A stretch of DNA of 64,000 bases from Novosphingobium sp. (lineage in GTDB: Bacteria; Pseudomonadota; Alphaproteobacteria; Sphingomonadales; Sphingomonadaceae). The notes beneath the pieces were generated by a model. That model was not told the origin of the DNA. It saw only the letters and a program-made list of their open reading frames with translations, and did no database searches. A program made the position numbers and the translations under genes. The stretch spans positions 61,942 to 125,941 of the forward strand of contig JAZQRJ010000022.1 of NCBI GenBank assembly GCA_045629505.1, written 5' to 3'. This document shows positions 18,216 through 27,114 of this stretch, piece after piece; the stretch's first letter is position 1; the number at the start of each line of letters is the position of its first letter.

Positions 18216-19889
18216 TTAGCGCGCAGGCTCTTGCGCATCATCTGGGCTGGGCGAGGGCGCGGACTCTGGCGTTTCGACAGGCTCAGGAGAAGGAGCCCGT
18301 GCCGATCCGCTTAACCGGCTGGGTTCGATCAGAGCCGTGTTTTCAATCAGATCGAGCGCCTGCTGCACATCGGCATAGCGCTGTGCGTCGGCAATCCAGG
18401 TTGTTGCCGCCTTCGCGCCGGGCATGCGTTCCACCTCAGCTATCGCCTGAGCAATCCGACCGGCACGCAGCATCACCCGGGCGCGATCAATCCGTGCCTG
18501 CGAACTGATGACCTGCGATGTCTCGCGCCGCACAGTGAAAAGATCGGAAAGATTGCGCCAGCTCGTCTGCCAGATATTTTCGTCGTTCGGCTTGCCTGCC
18601 AAATCTGGGCCGAGCGCCTCCAGACGCGCGCTAAGCGCATCCAGAGTGACGGGCGACTTGGAAAATTCGACTATCGTACGAACGGCACGTGGCTGGCTAT
18701 CGGCAAAGCGTAATTGCAGTTGGCTGGTCAAGGATCGCAAGGGTTCGCCCCGTTCAACCATGCGTCGGGTGGCAAAGGCGACCAGCAGGTTTTCGGCCTT
18801 GGCAGCATGTCCTGAGGCCGCGTTGGCCTGAAGGTTGAGGCGTGAGAAACGGTCCTCCAACATGGCCATGCGCGCTTCCACAGAGCTGACAGCATCAAGG
18901 CTGGCCGCTTCATCGCGAGCAGGTACGGCGTTCATCACGCCGCTCGGCCTCGCGCCCGGCTGACCGCTTTCGGCAGACCCTGGTGCGCGAATGGAGTCTA
19001 CAAAGCTATCCAGATAGCCATAGCGGATCGTCCAGATCACCACCGCGGCGCCAAGCAGAAAGGCCAAGAGAACAAGGGCAAATTGGCCACGAAGTGAACG
19101 TCTCTGCGGTGCCATGGGCGGCGCGAGGGGGATGGCACTGGTTCCAGTCTGGTCCTGCATCTCTTCCCGTACTTCGGTTTCCTGTCCGGAACTGCCGGTC
19201 TTGCGCGAGTCTTCGCATATTACGCGGGCCAAGGCCAGCAGGGCATCGTCATCCGGCCTGTCGGCGGTTCGTATGTCAAGCCACCCGCCGTTTGCAGCCA
19301 TGGCGACGCGCGGGCCGATCGTGACAAGGGCGATGTTCGAAAGGTTCAGGCCCAGTCGCTCGCACTCACTGCGGAAATGGTGCGCGGCTTCTGCCGAATG
19401 CAGCGCGACGACGCAGCTTTCATGGCCCAGCAGCTCCGCCAGCGTGTCCGGCATGGGGAGCGGATCGCTGGAATAGACGACGCGTTCCGTAAGGGTGACA
19501 CCTTCCGGAAGATCAACTTGCACGCGCGCGGCGCCTGTCAGGCGGAGCAGCCGAGTATGCGCCGGATCGAGCAGGGTGAGGACATTCTGTAATCCGCCGG
19601 TGCCGGATGCCACCACTTCGAAACCGGCCTCACGCGCTGCCTGTGCGGTTTTTGCGCCCACAGCGTAGGCAGGCATTCCAGTATAGGAGCTCAGCGCGGC
19701 GCCGCCGTACCGCAGGGTATTGACGCTGCTCAATAGCAGAGCATCGAACGAGTCCCGATCAGGCGCTTCCCATGAAAGGGGGCGGATCGTGAACATCGGA
19801 AAGGCATGGGCATCAAGGCCAAGCGCCTTGGCAGCTTCAACGCTGGCATCGCTGCTGGGCTGAGGCCTGATGAAGATCAGCGGCTTCAT
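18216..19889 (-). CDS. hemD: Uroporphyrinogen-III synthase HemD fused in frame to a TM + coiled-coil Mic60/HemX-like protein
   Basis: N-terminal ~225 aa HemD (IRPQP, VYSS, VALHSAEAA, IGPRVA). No stop before a second ATG at 19160, then a TM helix and RAG....AIAEVERMP...W..DA.RY mitofilin-like end. Follows hemC. Confidence 0.8.
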   Translation of the reverse strand: MKPLIFIRPQPSSDASVEAAKALGLDAHAFPMFTIRPLSWEAPDRDSFDALLLSSVNTLRYGGAALSSYTGMPAYAVGAKTAQAAREAGFEVVASGTGGLQNVLTLLDPAHTRLLRLTGAARVQVDLPEGVTLTERVVYSSDPLPMPDTLAELLGHESCVVALHSAEAAHHFRSECERLGLNLSNIALVTIGPRVAMAANGGWLDIRTADRPDDDALLALARVICEDSRKTGSSGQETEVREEMQDQTGTSAIPLAPPMAPQRRSLRGQFALVLLAFLLGAAVVIWTIRYGYLDSFVDSIRAPGSAESGQPGARPSGVMNAVPARDEAASLDAVSSVEARMAMLEDRFSRLNLQANAASGHAAKAENLLVAFATRRMVERGEPLRSLTSQLQLRFADSQPRAVRTIVEFSKSPVTLDALSARLEALGPDLAGKPNDENIWQTSWRNLSDLFTVRRETSQVISSQARIDRARVMLRAGRIAQAIAEVERMPGAKAATTWIADAQRYADVQQALDLIENTALIEPSRLSGSARAPSPEPVETPESAPSPSPDDAQEPAR

Positions 19890-20848
19890 TATGGTGTTGG
19901 CTCCGTGCCGGAGAAATGATCACGGATGGCGGGCGGCGCATCGGCCAACAGGCAGGCAGCAAGCCTCGCCGGCGCTTGCGTGTCGTCGGGCGAAAAAGCG
20001 ATTTCCCCGTCCTGCCGCGCTGCGCCGTCCGGGCTGAACAGGGTAGCGCGCATGTGCAAACCGCTGTCGATACGCTGGGTCAGCACCGCAACGGGGCTAT
20101 GACAATTGCCGCCGAGAGCGGCCAGTAGTGCACGCTCGGCCAGCAGGCTTTCCCGGCTGGGTGCGTCGTCTATTGTTCCCAGCAAGGCCAGCGTTGCGTC
20201 GTCTGCCGTTCGGCATTCCACCACTATTGCAGCCTGCCCCGGCGCCGGGAGCCATTCCTGCGGATCGAGGGCATGGCCGATGGCCGTTTCGCCAAGGCGC
20301 TTCAGCCCTGCAGCGGCAAGGAAAGTCGCGTGCGCTTCACCTGCCTCAAGCCGAGCAAGACGCCGTGCCACGTTGCCGCGAAAGCCTACGATCTTGCAGT
20401 CAGGCCGAGCGTTCAGCAGCTGCGCCGCGCGGCGAGGCGCGCTGGTGCCCACGGTTGCGCCATGTGGAAGTCTCGCGATGCTGGCCGCGCCGATCAGTAC
20501 ATCGCGCACGTCCTCTCGCGGCAGCACGGCGGCGATGGCGATTTCTTTTGGGCGAATTGTTTCCACATCCTTGGCGGAATGGACGGCGAAATCGATCTCG
20601 CCCAGCATCAGAGCCCGATCCAGTTCCTTGGTCCAAAGCGCTTTGCCGCCAATTTCAGCCAGTGGGCGATCCTGGATACGGTCCCCACTTGCGGTAACCG
20701 GCAGGATTTGAATGTCTTTAGCGGTGAGGCCGGTGGCATCCATCAGCCGGGATCGCGCCTCATGCGCCTGGGCCATGGCGAGCGGGGAGCTTCGTGTGCC
20801 AAGGCGCAAAGGCTTGTTCAAAAGACTATTGTGAACTGGTGTCTGCAT
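19889..20848 (-). CDS. hemC: Hydroxymethylbilane synthase (porphobilinogen deaminase)
   Basis: [43 protein letters not shown]. Confidence 0.96.
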   Translation of the reverse strand: MQTPVHNSLLNKPLRLGTRSSPLAMAQAHEARSRLMDATGLTAKDIQILPVTASGDRIQDRPLAEIGGKALWTKELDRALMLGEIDFAVHSAKDVETIRPKEIAIAAVLPREDVRDVLIGAASIARLPHGATVGTSAPRRAAQLLNARPDCKIVGFRGNVARRLARLEAGEAHATFLAAAGLKRLGETAIGHALDPQEWLPAPGQAAIVVECRTADDATLALLGTIDDAPSRESLLAERALLAALGGNCHSPVAVLTQRIDSGLHMRATLFSPDGAARQDGEIAFSPDDTQAPARLAACLLADAPPAIRDHFSGTEPTP

Positions 20849-20895
20849 ATGTGCAGCTTGTGCTACTCGCCATTGCGGCTAAGGGAAAGAGCGGG

Positions 20896-21930
20896 ATGGA
20901 GACAGTTCTCGGAATTGAATCGTCTTGCGACGAGACGGCGGCCGCGCTTGTCCGCGCCGATGGCGTTGTGCTGGCCGAAAGGATCGCTTCGCAGGATGAG
21001 GCGCACCGGCCTTATGGCGGCGTTGTGCCAGAGATTGCAGCGCGCGCTCATGCAGAGCGGTTGACGCCGCTGATCGAAGGCACGCTGGCCGATGCCGGAA
21101 TGACGCTGGATCAGGTGGACGCCATTGCGGCGACTGCCGGACCGGGGCTGATTGGCGGCGTGATGGTTGGCCTTGTCACGGGCAAGGCGCTGGCGATGGC
21201 TGCTGGCAAGCCGCTAATTGCGATCAATCACCTTGAAGGCCATGCGCTGAGCCCCCGGTTGGCGGATCAAACCCTTGAATTTCCTTATCTGCTGTTGCTG
21301 GTTTCGGGTGGGCACTGTCAGTTGCTGCTGGTTGAAGCTGCGGGGAAATACCGCCGCCTTGCCACGACGATCGACGATGCGCTGGGCGAAGCCTTTGACA
21401 AAACAGCAAAGCTGCTGGGCCTTGGCTATCCTGGCGGTCCGGCAGTGGAACGCCTGGCACGTGAAGGCGATGCGAGTGCCGTTCCTCTGCCGCGGCCCTT
21501 ACTGGGGGCGCGCGAGCCGCATTTTTCTTTCGCGGGCCTGAAAAGCGCGGTGCGCCGCGCGCGGGAAAGTGGAGAATATCGCGATGCGGATATTGCCGCT
21601 TCCTTCCAGAAAGCCGCCATCGATTGTTTGCTGGACCGCACACGGCGCGCACTTGATGTTGCTGGTCCGGTGAATGCACTGGTCGTCGCTGGCGGGGTAG
21701 CTGCCAATCAGGCCGTGCGGGGTGCGCTGGAAACGCTTGCGGCGGATAACAATCTGCCGTTCATCGCGCCGCCATTACGTCTTTGCACAGACAACGCTGC
21801 GATGATCGCATGGGCAGGATTGGAGCGATTACGCATGGGTCAATCTGATCCTTTGGACATTGCGGCGCGTCCGCGCTGGCCGCTCGATCCCGATGCGGAG
21901 CCGGTGCGCGGTGCGGGGGTAAAAGCATGA
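20896..21930 (+). CDS. tsaD: tRNA N6-adenosine threonylcarbamoyltransferase
   Basis: [40 protein letters not shown]. Confidence 0.97.
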   Translation: METVLGIESSCDETAAALVRADGVVLAERIASQDEAHRPYGGVVPEIAARAHAERLTPLIEGTLADAGMTLDQVDAIAATAGPGLIGGVMVGLVTGKALAMAAGKPLIAINHLEGHALSPRLADQTLEFPYLLLLVSGGHCQLLLVEAAGKYRRLATTIDDALGEAFDKTAKLLGLGYPGGPAVERLAREGDASAVPLPRPLLGAREPHFSFAGLKSAVRRARESGEYRDADIAASFQKAAIDCLLDRTRRALDVAGPVNALVVAGGVAANQAVRGALETLAADNNLPFIAPPLRLCTDNAAMIAWAGLERLRMGQSDPLDIAARPRWPLDPDAEPVRGAGVKA

Positions 21931-22925
21931 GCGCGACAGTTGGAATTATTGGGGCTGGCGCTTGGGGAACCGCGCTGGCTGCGGCATTGGCCAGCGATGG
22001 CAGTGATGTGCTGATCTGGGCGCGTGAGGCGGATCTGGTGCAGGAGATAAACGCGCACCACACCAACAGCATTTTCCTGCCGAGTGCATCACTGCCGCAG
22101 ACCGTCCGGGCGACCAGCGATCTGAATGACATGGCTGCGAGATCGCTCCTGCTCATCGTTGTGCCCGCCCAGTTTCTTGCATCTGTACTGGGCGAACTGC
22201 CGGATGAGCCGCGCGATCTTGTTCTGTGCGCCAAGGGTATCGAGGCAGGAACCGGTCGCCTGATGGCTGACGTTGCCGCGCAAGTGGCGCCCGCCTCACA
22301 GCTTGCTGTCTTGTCCGGGCCAACGTTCGCGCATGAAGTTGCCGCGGGCTTGCCCACAGCGGTAACGCTGGCCTGTTCCGGTGGCGAGGCTCAGTGGGAG
22401 CGAATTTCTCCGTTTATCGCCCGTCCGGCGCTGCGGCCCTACTATTCGGATGATGTGATAGGCGCTGAGGTAGGCGGCGCGGTGAAGAACGTGCTCGCCA
22501 TCGCTTGCGGCGTGATCGAGGGGCTTCGCCTTGGCCAGAACGCGCGTGCCGCACTGATCGCCCGCGGTTATGCGGAAATGCTGCGTTTCGGCATGGCGCG
22601 GGGCGCACGGCCTGAAACGCTTTCGGGCCTATGCGGGCTGGGCGATCTGGTGCTGACGTGTTCTTCAACCTCCAGTCGCAACTTTTCTCTCGGCAAGGCG
22701 CTGGGAGAAGGGCAGAGCGCGGCAGAGGCACTGGCGGGCAAAAACAGTGTGGCAGAAGGTGCCGCTACCGCCCCGGTGCTGGCACAGCTTGCTGCGGACG
22801 ATGGCATTGACATGCCGATTACCGCTGCCGTGTGCCGTTTGCTTAAAGGTGAAGCTCCCGCGAACCGCATCGTGGAGCAGGTGCTCTCCCGCCCGTTGCG
22901 GGCGGAGCAGGAGCCCGGCGCTTGA
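21927..22925 (+). CDS. gpsA: NAD(P)H-dependent glycerol-3-phosphate dehydrogenase
   Basis: [36 protein letters not shown]. Confidence 0.96.
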   Translation: MSATVGIIGAGAWGTALAAALASDGSDVLIWAREADLVQEINAHHTNSIFLPSASLPQTVRATSDLNDMAARSLLLIVVPAQFLASVLGELPDEPRDLVLCAKGIEAGTGRLMADVAAQVAPASQLAVLSGPTFAHEVAAGLPTAVTLACSGGEAQWERISPFIARPALRPYYSDDVIGAEVGGAVKNVLAIACGVIEGLRLGQNARAALIARGYAEMLRFGMARGARPETLSGLCGLGDLVLTCSSTSSRNFSLGKALGEGQSAAEALAGKNSVAEGAATAPVLAQLAADDGIDMPITAAVCRLLKGEAPANRIVEQVLSRPLRAEQEPGA

Positions 22926-24406
22926 CCAACGGCGACGGCGCCGCGGACATTGCGGCAATTGCGAAAGGCGGGCGGACCAACCTCTTCGGCTTCTTCCTGC
23001 GGCTTGCTGCGCGCATACCCTTCCTGTTCATCGCTGGCCGCGCTGCCGAATACGGCCCGGTCGCACTTGGGCGGTTTGCATCTGCGCTGGTGCTGATCGA
23101 ACTGGCTGCGATGCTCAGCACGCTGGGCGAAAAGCGCGGTCTGGCGCAGCGCCTTACAGAATCGGATGAACATCCTGCCAACGTGGTGGCAGACGGGGCG
23201 CTGGCCGCCCTGCTGATCTCAAGCGCGTTTGCTGCGTTTTTCTGGTTTGTGCCGGGGCCGCTTTTCCCCGGTGGCACTTATAGCGAAATTGACCGGATGA
23301 TGGTGCTGGCGATCCCGCCGCTGGCCTTGACGGAGATATGGCTGGCCGGGCTTGCCTACCGCTTCAACGTGGGGGCGACGGTGCGGGCGCGAGCCGTCGT
23401 AGAGCCGTGGACTCTGTCTATCGTGGCCGGGCTGATGATATTTTTCTGGCCGCGCGATGGTCTTGCTCTTGCCTATATCGCCTCGATTTTTGCGGCCGCG
23501 GCAGCCGCGCTGATCCCGTTTCTGCGCATGTATGGCCTGCCGAAAGACTGGCATCCGCATCCCCGCAAGATCTTGCGCTTGACGCTGCGCAGCCTGCCGA
23601 TTGCGACCGCCGATGCCATCGAATGGGGCACACGGCGGGTGGATATCTTCATCTTGGGATTTTTTGCACCGCCTGCTGCCGTCGGTATTTATTACGTCGC
23701 GCAACAGATCGCGAGCTTGCCGCAAAAGTTGAAAACAAGCTTTGAGCCGATTCTTGGCCCGGTCATCACGCGCAATCTGAAGGAACGCAATTACCCGGCA
23801 ATTGCCCAGCAAGTCAGCCAGGTGGGGTTCTGGATCATCGCCGCGCAGGCCGGGATCGCACTGGCGCTGGGCATTCCCGGCGAAGGCGTGATGGGTCTGA
23901 TCGGGCCGGAATTCGTAGGCGGCACCGGCGCGCTAGGGTTCCTGCTGGCGGCGGAAGTCGTGGCGGCAACCGCTGTGGTGAGCGAGGCGGCGCTGGTCTA
24001 CATGGCGCGAGTGCGCAATCTGGTGATTTCCGTAGCCACGATCGCGTTGCAGGCATTGTTGACCATTGGAGGCATCATGTTGGTGCAGGCCAGCGGATAT
24101 GGTGATCTGTGGCGGGCTGCCGTTGCAGCGGCTGCCTTGATGCTGGCGCTTGCTTTCGCTTCAGTGGTGAAGGCAGGAATGCTGTCACGCAGGCTGGGAC
24201 AGCCGATCAACAACTGGCGCTGGGCGCTTCTGTGGGCGGCCGTCCCTGCCGGAATGGTCGGCTGGGCGGCAACGAAATTCTTGCCGGAATGGGCAGAGCT
24301 GCTTTTCGGCATTCCGGCGATGCTGGGGATTTATGCATACATCATCTGGAACAAGGGCTTTGGCCCGGAAGACAGGATGCTTTTCAAGCGCAGCGCATCT
24401 TCATAA
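22922..24406 (+). CDS. Polysaccharide flippase (Wzx/MOP superfamily)
   Basis: About 12-14 TM segments, AAVGIYYVAQQIA, SFEPILGP; TTG start overlaps the gpsA stop. Confidence 0.8.
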   Translation: MTNGDGAADIAAIAKGGRTNLFGFFLRLAARIPFLFIAGRAAEYGPVALGRFASALVLIELAAMLSTLGEKRGLAQRLTESDEHPANVVADGALAALLISSAFAAFFWFVPGPLFPGGTYSEIDRMMVLAIPPLALTEIWLAGLAYRFNVGATVRARAVVEPWTLSIVAGLMIFFWPRDGLALAYIASIFAAAAAALIPFLRMYGLPKDWHPHPRKILRLTLRSLPIATADAIEWGTRRVDIFILGFFAPPAAVGIYYVAQQIASLPQKLKTSFEPILGPVITRNLKERNYPAIAQQVSQVGFWIIAAQAGIALALGIPGEGVMGLIGPEFVGGTGALGFLLAAEVVAATAVVSEAALVYMARVRNLVISVATIALQALLTIGGIMLVQASGYGDLWRAAVAAAALMLALAFASVVKAGMLSRRLGQPINNWRWALLWAAVPAGMVGWAATKFLPEWAELLFGIPAMLGIYAYIIWNKGFGPEDRMLFKRSASS

Positions 24407-24432
24407 CGCTGCCAAGCGTTCTGCGGCGTTGA

Positions 24433-25215
24433 GTGCGAAGGAACTCGACGCTATTGTTTGCAATTGTGAAGATCCTTCCCATCGCCACTTTCTTTGCTGG
24501 AGCGATTGCCGTAGCCGCAATTTCATTGGCCGCGTCAGTATGGGCTGGACCTGCCTTTATCCAAAAGATTGAGCGTGCGGCGATCGTAGCTCGTGACAAG
24601 GAAGGCGGAGCTGGCATTACAATTTCTTTCGTCACAGCCGGGGGGTGGCTGACAAGGCACCCGACTCTCAGCGGTGGGCGGGGATTGAATGACAATGTGC
24701 GCGCCCGCACGGCAGCGGCCATTGCCGATGTGCCGGGAATCGGCGGTGTTTCGTGGGAAGGGCGGGGCCGGCGTAATGGCAATGCGGTCCAGACTTTCGG
24801 GGAGGGGCCGTTGCAACGTTGCCAGAGTGACGTTGAGGCGATCCTGCGCGTTCGTTCGATCCGGTTTACCGAGGGAAGCGCTAATCTGGATCAGACAAGC
24901 AACGACGTGCTCAACGAAGTGGCGACCGCGCTGAAGCCCTGCCTTGGCAGCATTATTGCAATCACCGGTCATACGGACAGTAATGGCGACGAGAATGCCA
25001 ACGTCGCTCTTTCCCGCGCCCGCGCGGAAGCGGTGCGCTGGGCCTTGATCGGCCGGGGGATCCCGGCGGACGGCCTTCGTGCGGTGGGTATCGGTTCGCA
25101 AAAGCCGCTAGATGGACTGTCCTCTGACGATCCGGCAAATCGGCGTATCGAGTTTTCGGTTATCGAAAAGATGCCTTTGGCGCCGACTCCCATTGATACG
25201 CCTGGTCCGGGCTGA
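24433..25215 (+). CDS. Membrane-anchored BON-like + OmpA C-terminal domain protein (Rv0899/ArfA-like architecture)
   Basis: N-terminal TM; PTLSG...RARTAAAIADVPGIGGVSW BON-like segment; ITGHTDSNG..N..LSRARAEAV, NRRIEF. Start codon uncertain. Confidence 0.85.
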   Translation: MRRNSTLLFAIVKILPIATFFAGAIAVAAISLAASVWAGPAFIQKIERAAIVARDKEGGAGITISFVTAGGWLTRHPTLSGGRGLNDNVRARTAAAIADVPGIGGVSWEGRGRRNGNAVQTFGEGPLQRCQSDVEAILRVRSIRFTEGSANLDQTSNDVLNEVATALKPCLGSIIAITGHTDSNGDENANVALSRARAEAVRWALIGRGIPADGLRAVGIGSQKPLDGLSSDDPANRRIEFSVIEKMPLAPTPIDTPGPG

Positions 25216-25229
25216 GTAGGGAGGGACGC

Positions 25230-25322
25230 ATGCCGCTTTGGCTCGAAATGATGGTGCTGATGCTGCTCACCTATTTGCTGGGGTTCGGCATTGGCTGGCT
25301 GATATGGAATCGCGGAGAATAG
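25230..25322 (+). CDS. 30-aa single-TM micropeptide (Rv0900/ArfB-like), missing from the ORF track
   Basis: GGGAGGGA RBS then MPLWLEMMVLMLLTYLLGFGIGWLIWNRGE*; fills the gap between two co-oriented genes. Confidence 0.75.
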   Translation: MPLWLEMMVLMLLTYLLGFGIGWLIWNRGE

Positions 25323-25326
25323 ACCG

Positions 25327-25932
25327 ATGCTGCAAATGATCGAGGCGAATTGGATCATATTCGCCATAGTGCTGCTGATCGGGGTGATCGTAGCCTGGTG
25401 GATATTCGCACGTGGATCGACGGCGGCCAAGCCACGCGAACACAAGCCCGATGTGCTGGACGAAGGCGCCGCACCTGCCCGGCGAAATCAGGCACTGATT
25501 GATGCGCCACCTGCCGCTCCAATCATTCCGCCTGCTCACGGCGGAACCATGGCCGGAATCGGGGAAGTGATCGCCGTCGCCGCGCAGGACGAGATTGAGG
25601 AAAGCGCTGCCACACATGCTCGGGATGTGGCCCCTGAAACCCTGACAGATGCCGCACCTGTGCCTGCGTCATCACCTTCGCCAAGCGAGGGCGAAGGTGA
25701 TGACCTGCGAAAAATCAAGGGCGTGGGGCCGAAGCTGGTGACGCTTCTGCAATCACTGGGTGTGACAAGCTATGCGCAGATCGCTGCGTGGGATGATGCG
25801 GATATTGACCGGATCGATGCCCAGCTTGGCACTTTCGCCGGGCGGATTCGCCGTGACAATTGGATGGAGCAGGCCCGGTTGCTGACCGCCGGGGATACCT
25901 CCGCCTATGAGGCGAAATTCGGGAAGCTCTGA
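25327..25932 (+). CDS. TM + Pro/Ala-rich linker + helix-hairpin-helix-like domain protein (COG3743-like)
   Basis: N-terminal TM; DDLRKIKGVGPKL...YAQIAAW...GRIRRDNWMEQA. Confidence 0.82.
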   Translation: MLQMIEANWIIFAIVLLIGVIVAWWIFARGSTAAKPREHKPDVLDEGAAPARRNQALIDAPPAAPIIPPAHGGTMAGIGEVIAVAAQDEIEESAATHARDVAPETLTDAAPVPASSPSPSEGEGDDLRKIKGVGPKLVTLLQSLGVTSYAQIAAWDDADIDRIDAQLGTFAGRIRRDNWMEQARLLTAGDTSAYEAKFGKL

Positions 25933-26068
25933 ATGCTGCAGCTTGTCCGGTAAAAAAGATACACGGCCGAACTATAAAATTGACCGGGCCAGAGTTCGGC
26001 CTATCTTCGCAACAATAGCGGCGGCCTGCAAAGGTACGGACGCAGATTGGCCGTTTGGGAGATGCCAT

Positions 26069-26944
26069 ATGAACGAGATGGGCAAGTTCGTAACGGATGA
26101 AGCAAAGCGCGTGCGTATGCGGGCTTATGGCTATCTGCCGGAAGAAGAAGCCTATATGCGGGGGGACAGGCTGCCGCCTGCGGGCAGCGTTCCTCGTACG
26201 ACCTCTCCGTTTCTCAACAGTGCGTTGTTTCGTGATGTGTTCACGCGCGCCTCGTTGCGCCGGATGGGTGACGATGTTGAATTGACATGGGACATTCCGG
26301 ACATGCTGCGCGGGATCGCCGACGTGCAGGACTGGGAGGAGAACGCGCGTCTTTGCGAGGAAGAGCGCGCGCGGAACCCGGAATTCGCCGCATGGCTTGA
26401 TGCGCGTGAGCCCATCCGGTTTGATCGGGAAGAGCTTGCCCGATGCGCACCTGGTACCTTCGGCGCCGCGGTGCACGATTTCATCACCGTGTCAGGCTAT
26501 GAGATGTTCTTCATGCAGAACGCTGAGCCTTCCAACGATCTGGAATATATCGCCAAAATGCTGATGAACGCGCACGATCTGCTGCACATCATCTCTGGCT
26601 TTGGCCCGAACATGGCTGGTGAGCACGGGGTTAACTCGATGAACGTCGCCGCCGTGCACAAGTATTTTTCACCCAAGTTCGCTCTTGCGATCAACAAGGG
26701 CACCAACTTCACAATGTCGACCACCATTTCGCGCACACTGTTCAATTATCCTGAAGGCGTGCCGATCATGTTCGAGGCGATGACGCGTGGCATCGCCGCA
26801 GGGCAGGCCCTGCCCAAGCCGGTGTTCATGTTCGATTTTCCCAGTCTGATTCATCGCGATCTGGATGAACTTGCAGCAGAGCTTGGCTTTGAGCGGGGCC
26901 CCGGATCTGCCTGGGACAAGATGGACCCATTAATGCTCGGATGA
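26069..26944 (+). CDS. Coq4-like protein
   Basis: LARCAPGTFGAAV and HDLLHIISGFGPNMAGE (HDxxH-x11-E metal motif); start set at ATG 26069. Confidence 0.75.
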   Translation: MNEMGKFVTDEAKRVRMRAYGYLPEEEAYMRGDRLPPAGSVPRTTSPFLNSALFRDVFTRASLRRMGDDVELTWDIPDMLRGIADVQDWEENARLCEEERARNPEFAAWLDAREPIRFDREELARCAPGTFGAAVHDFITVSGYEMFFMQNAEPSNDLEYIAKMLMNAHDLLHIISGFGPNMAGEHGVNSMNVAAVHKYFSPKFALAINKGTNFTMSTTISRTLFNYPEGVPIMFEAMTRGIAAGQALPKPVFMFDFPSLIHRDLDELAAELGFERGPGSAWDKMDPLMLG

Positions 26945-27114
26945 TCGGAAATCCCGGTCGAGGCCCGTTTTCGCGGTTCGCCTGCCCTTTTGCGTATTTA
27001 TGGATGTGAGTTGCTCGGTCTGCCCGGTTTGCATTGCGGGGGAATTTGCCTCACGCTGGATCACAAGAAGCCTGAGCGAGGGAAACCTTGGCGGAGCGAT
27101 ATCGAGGGGTTGCA

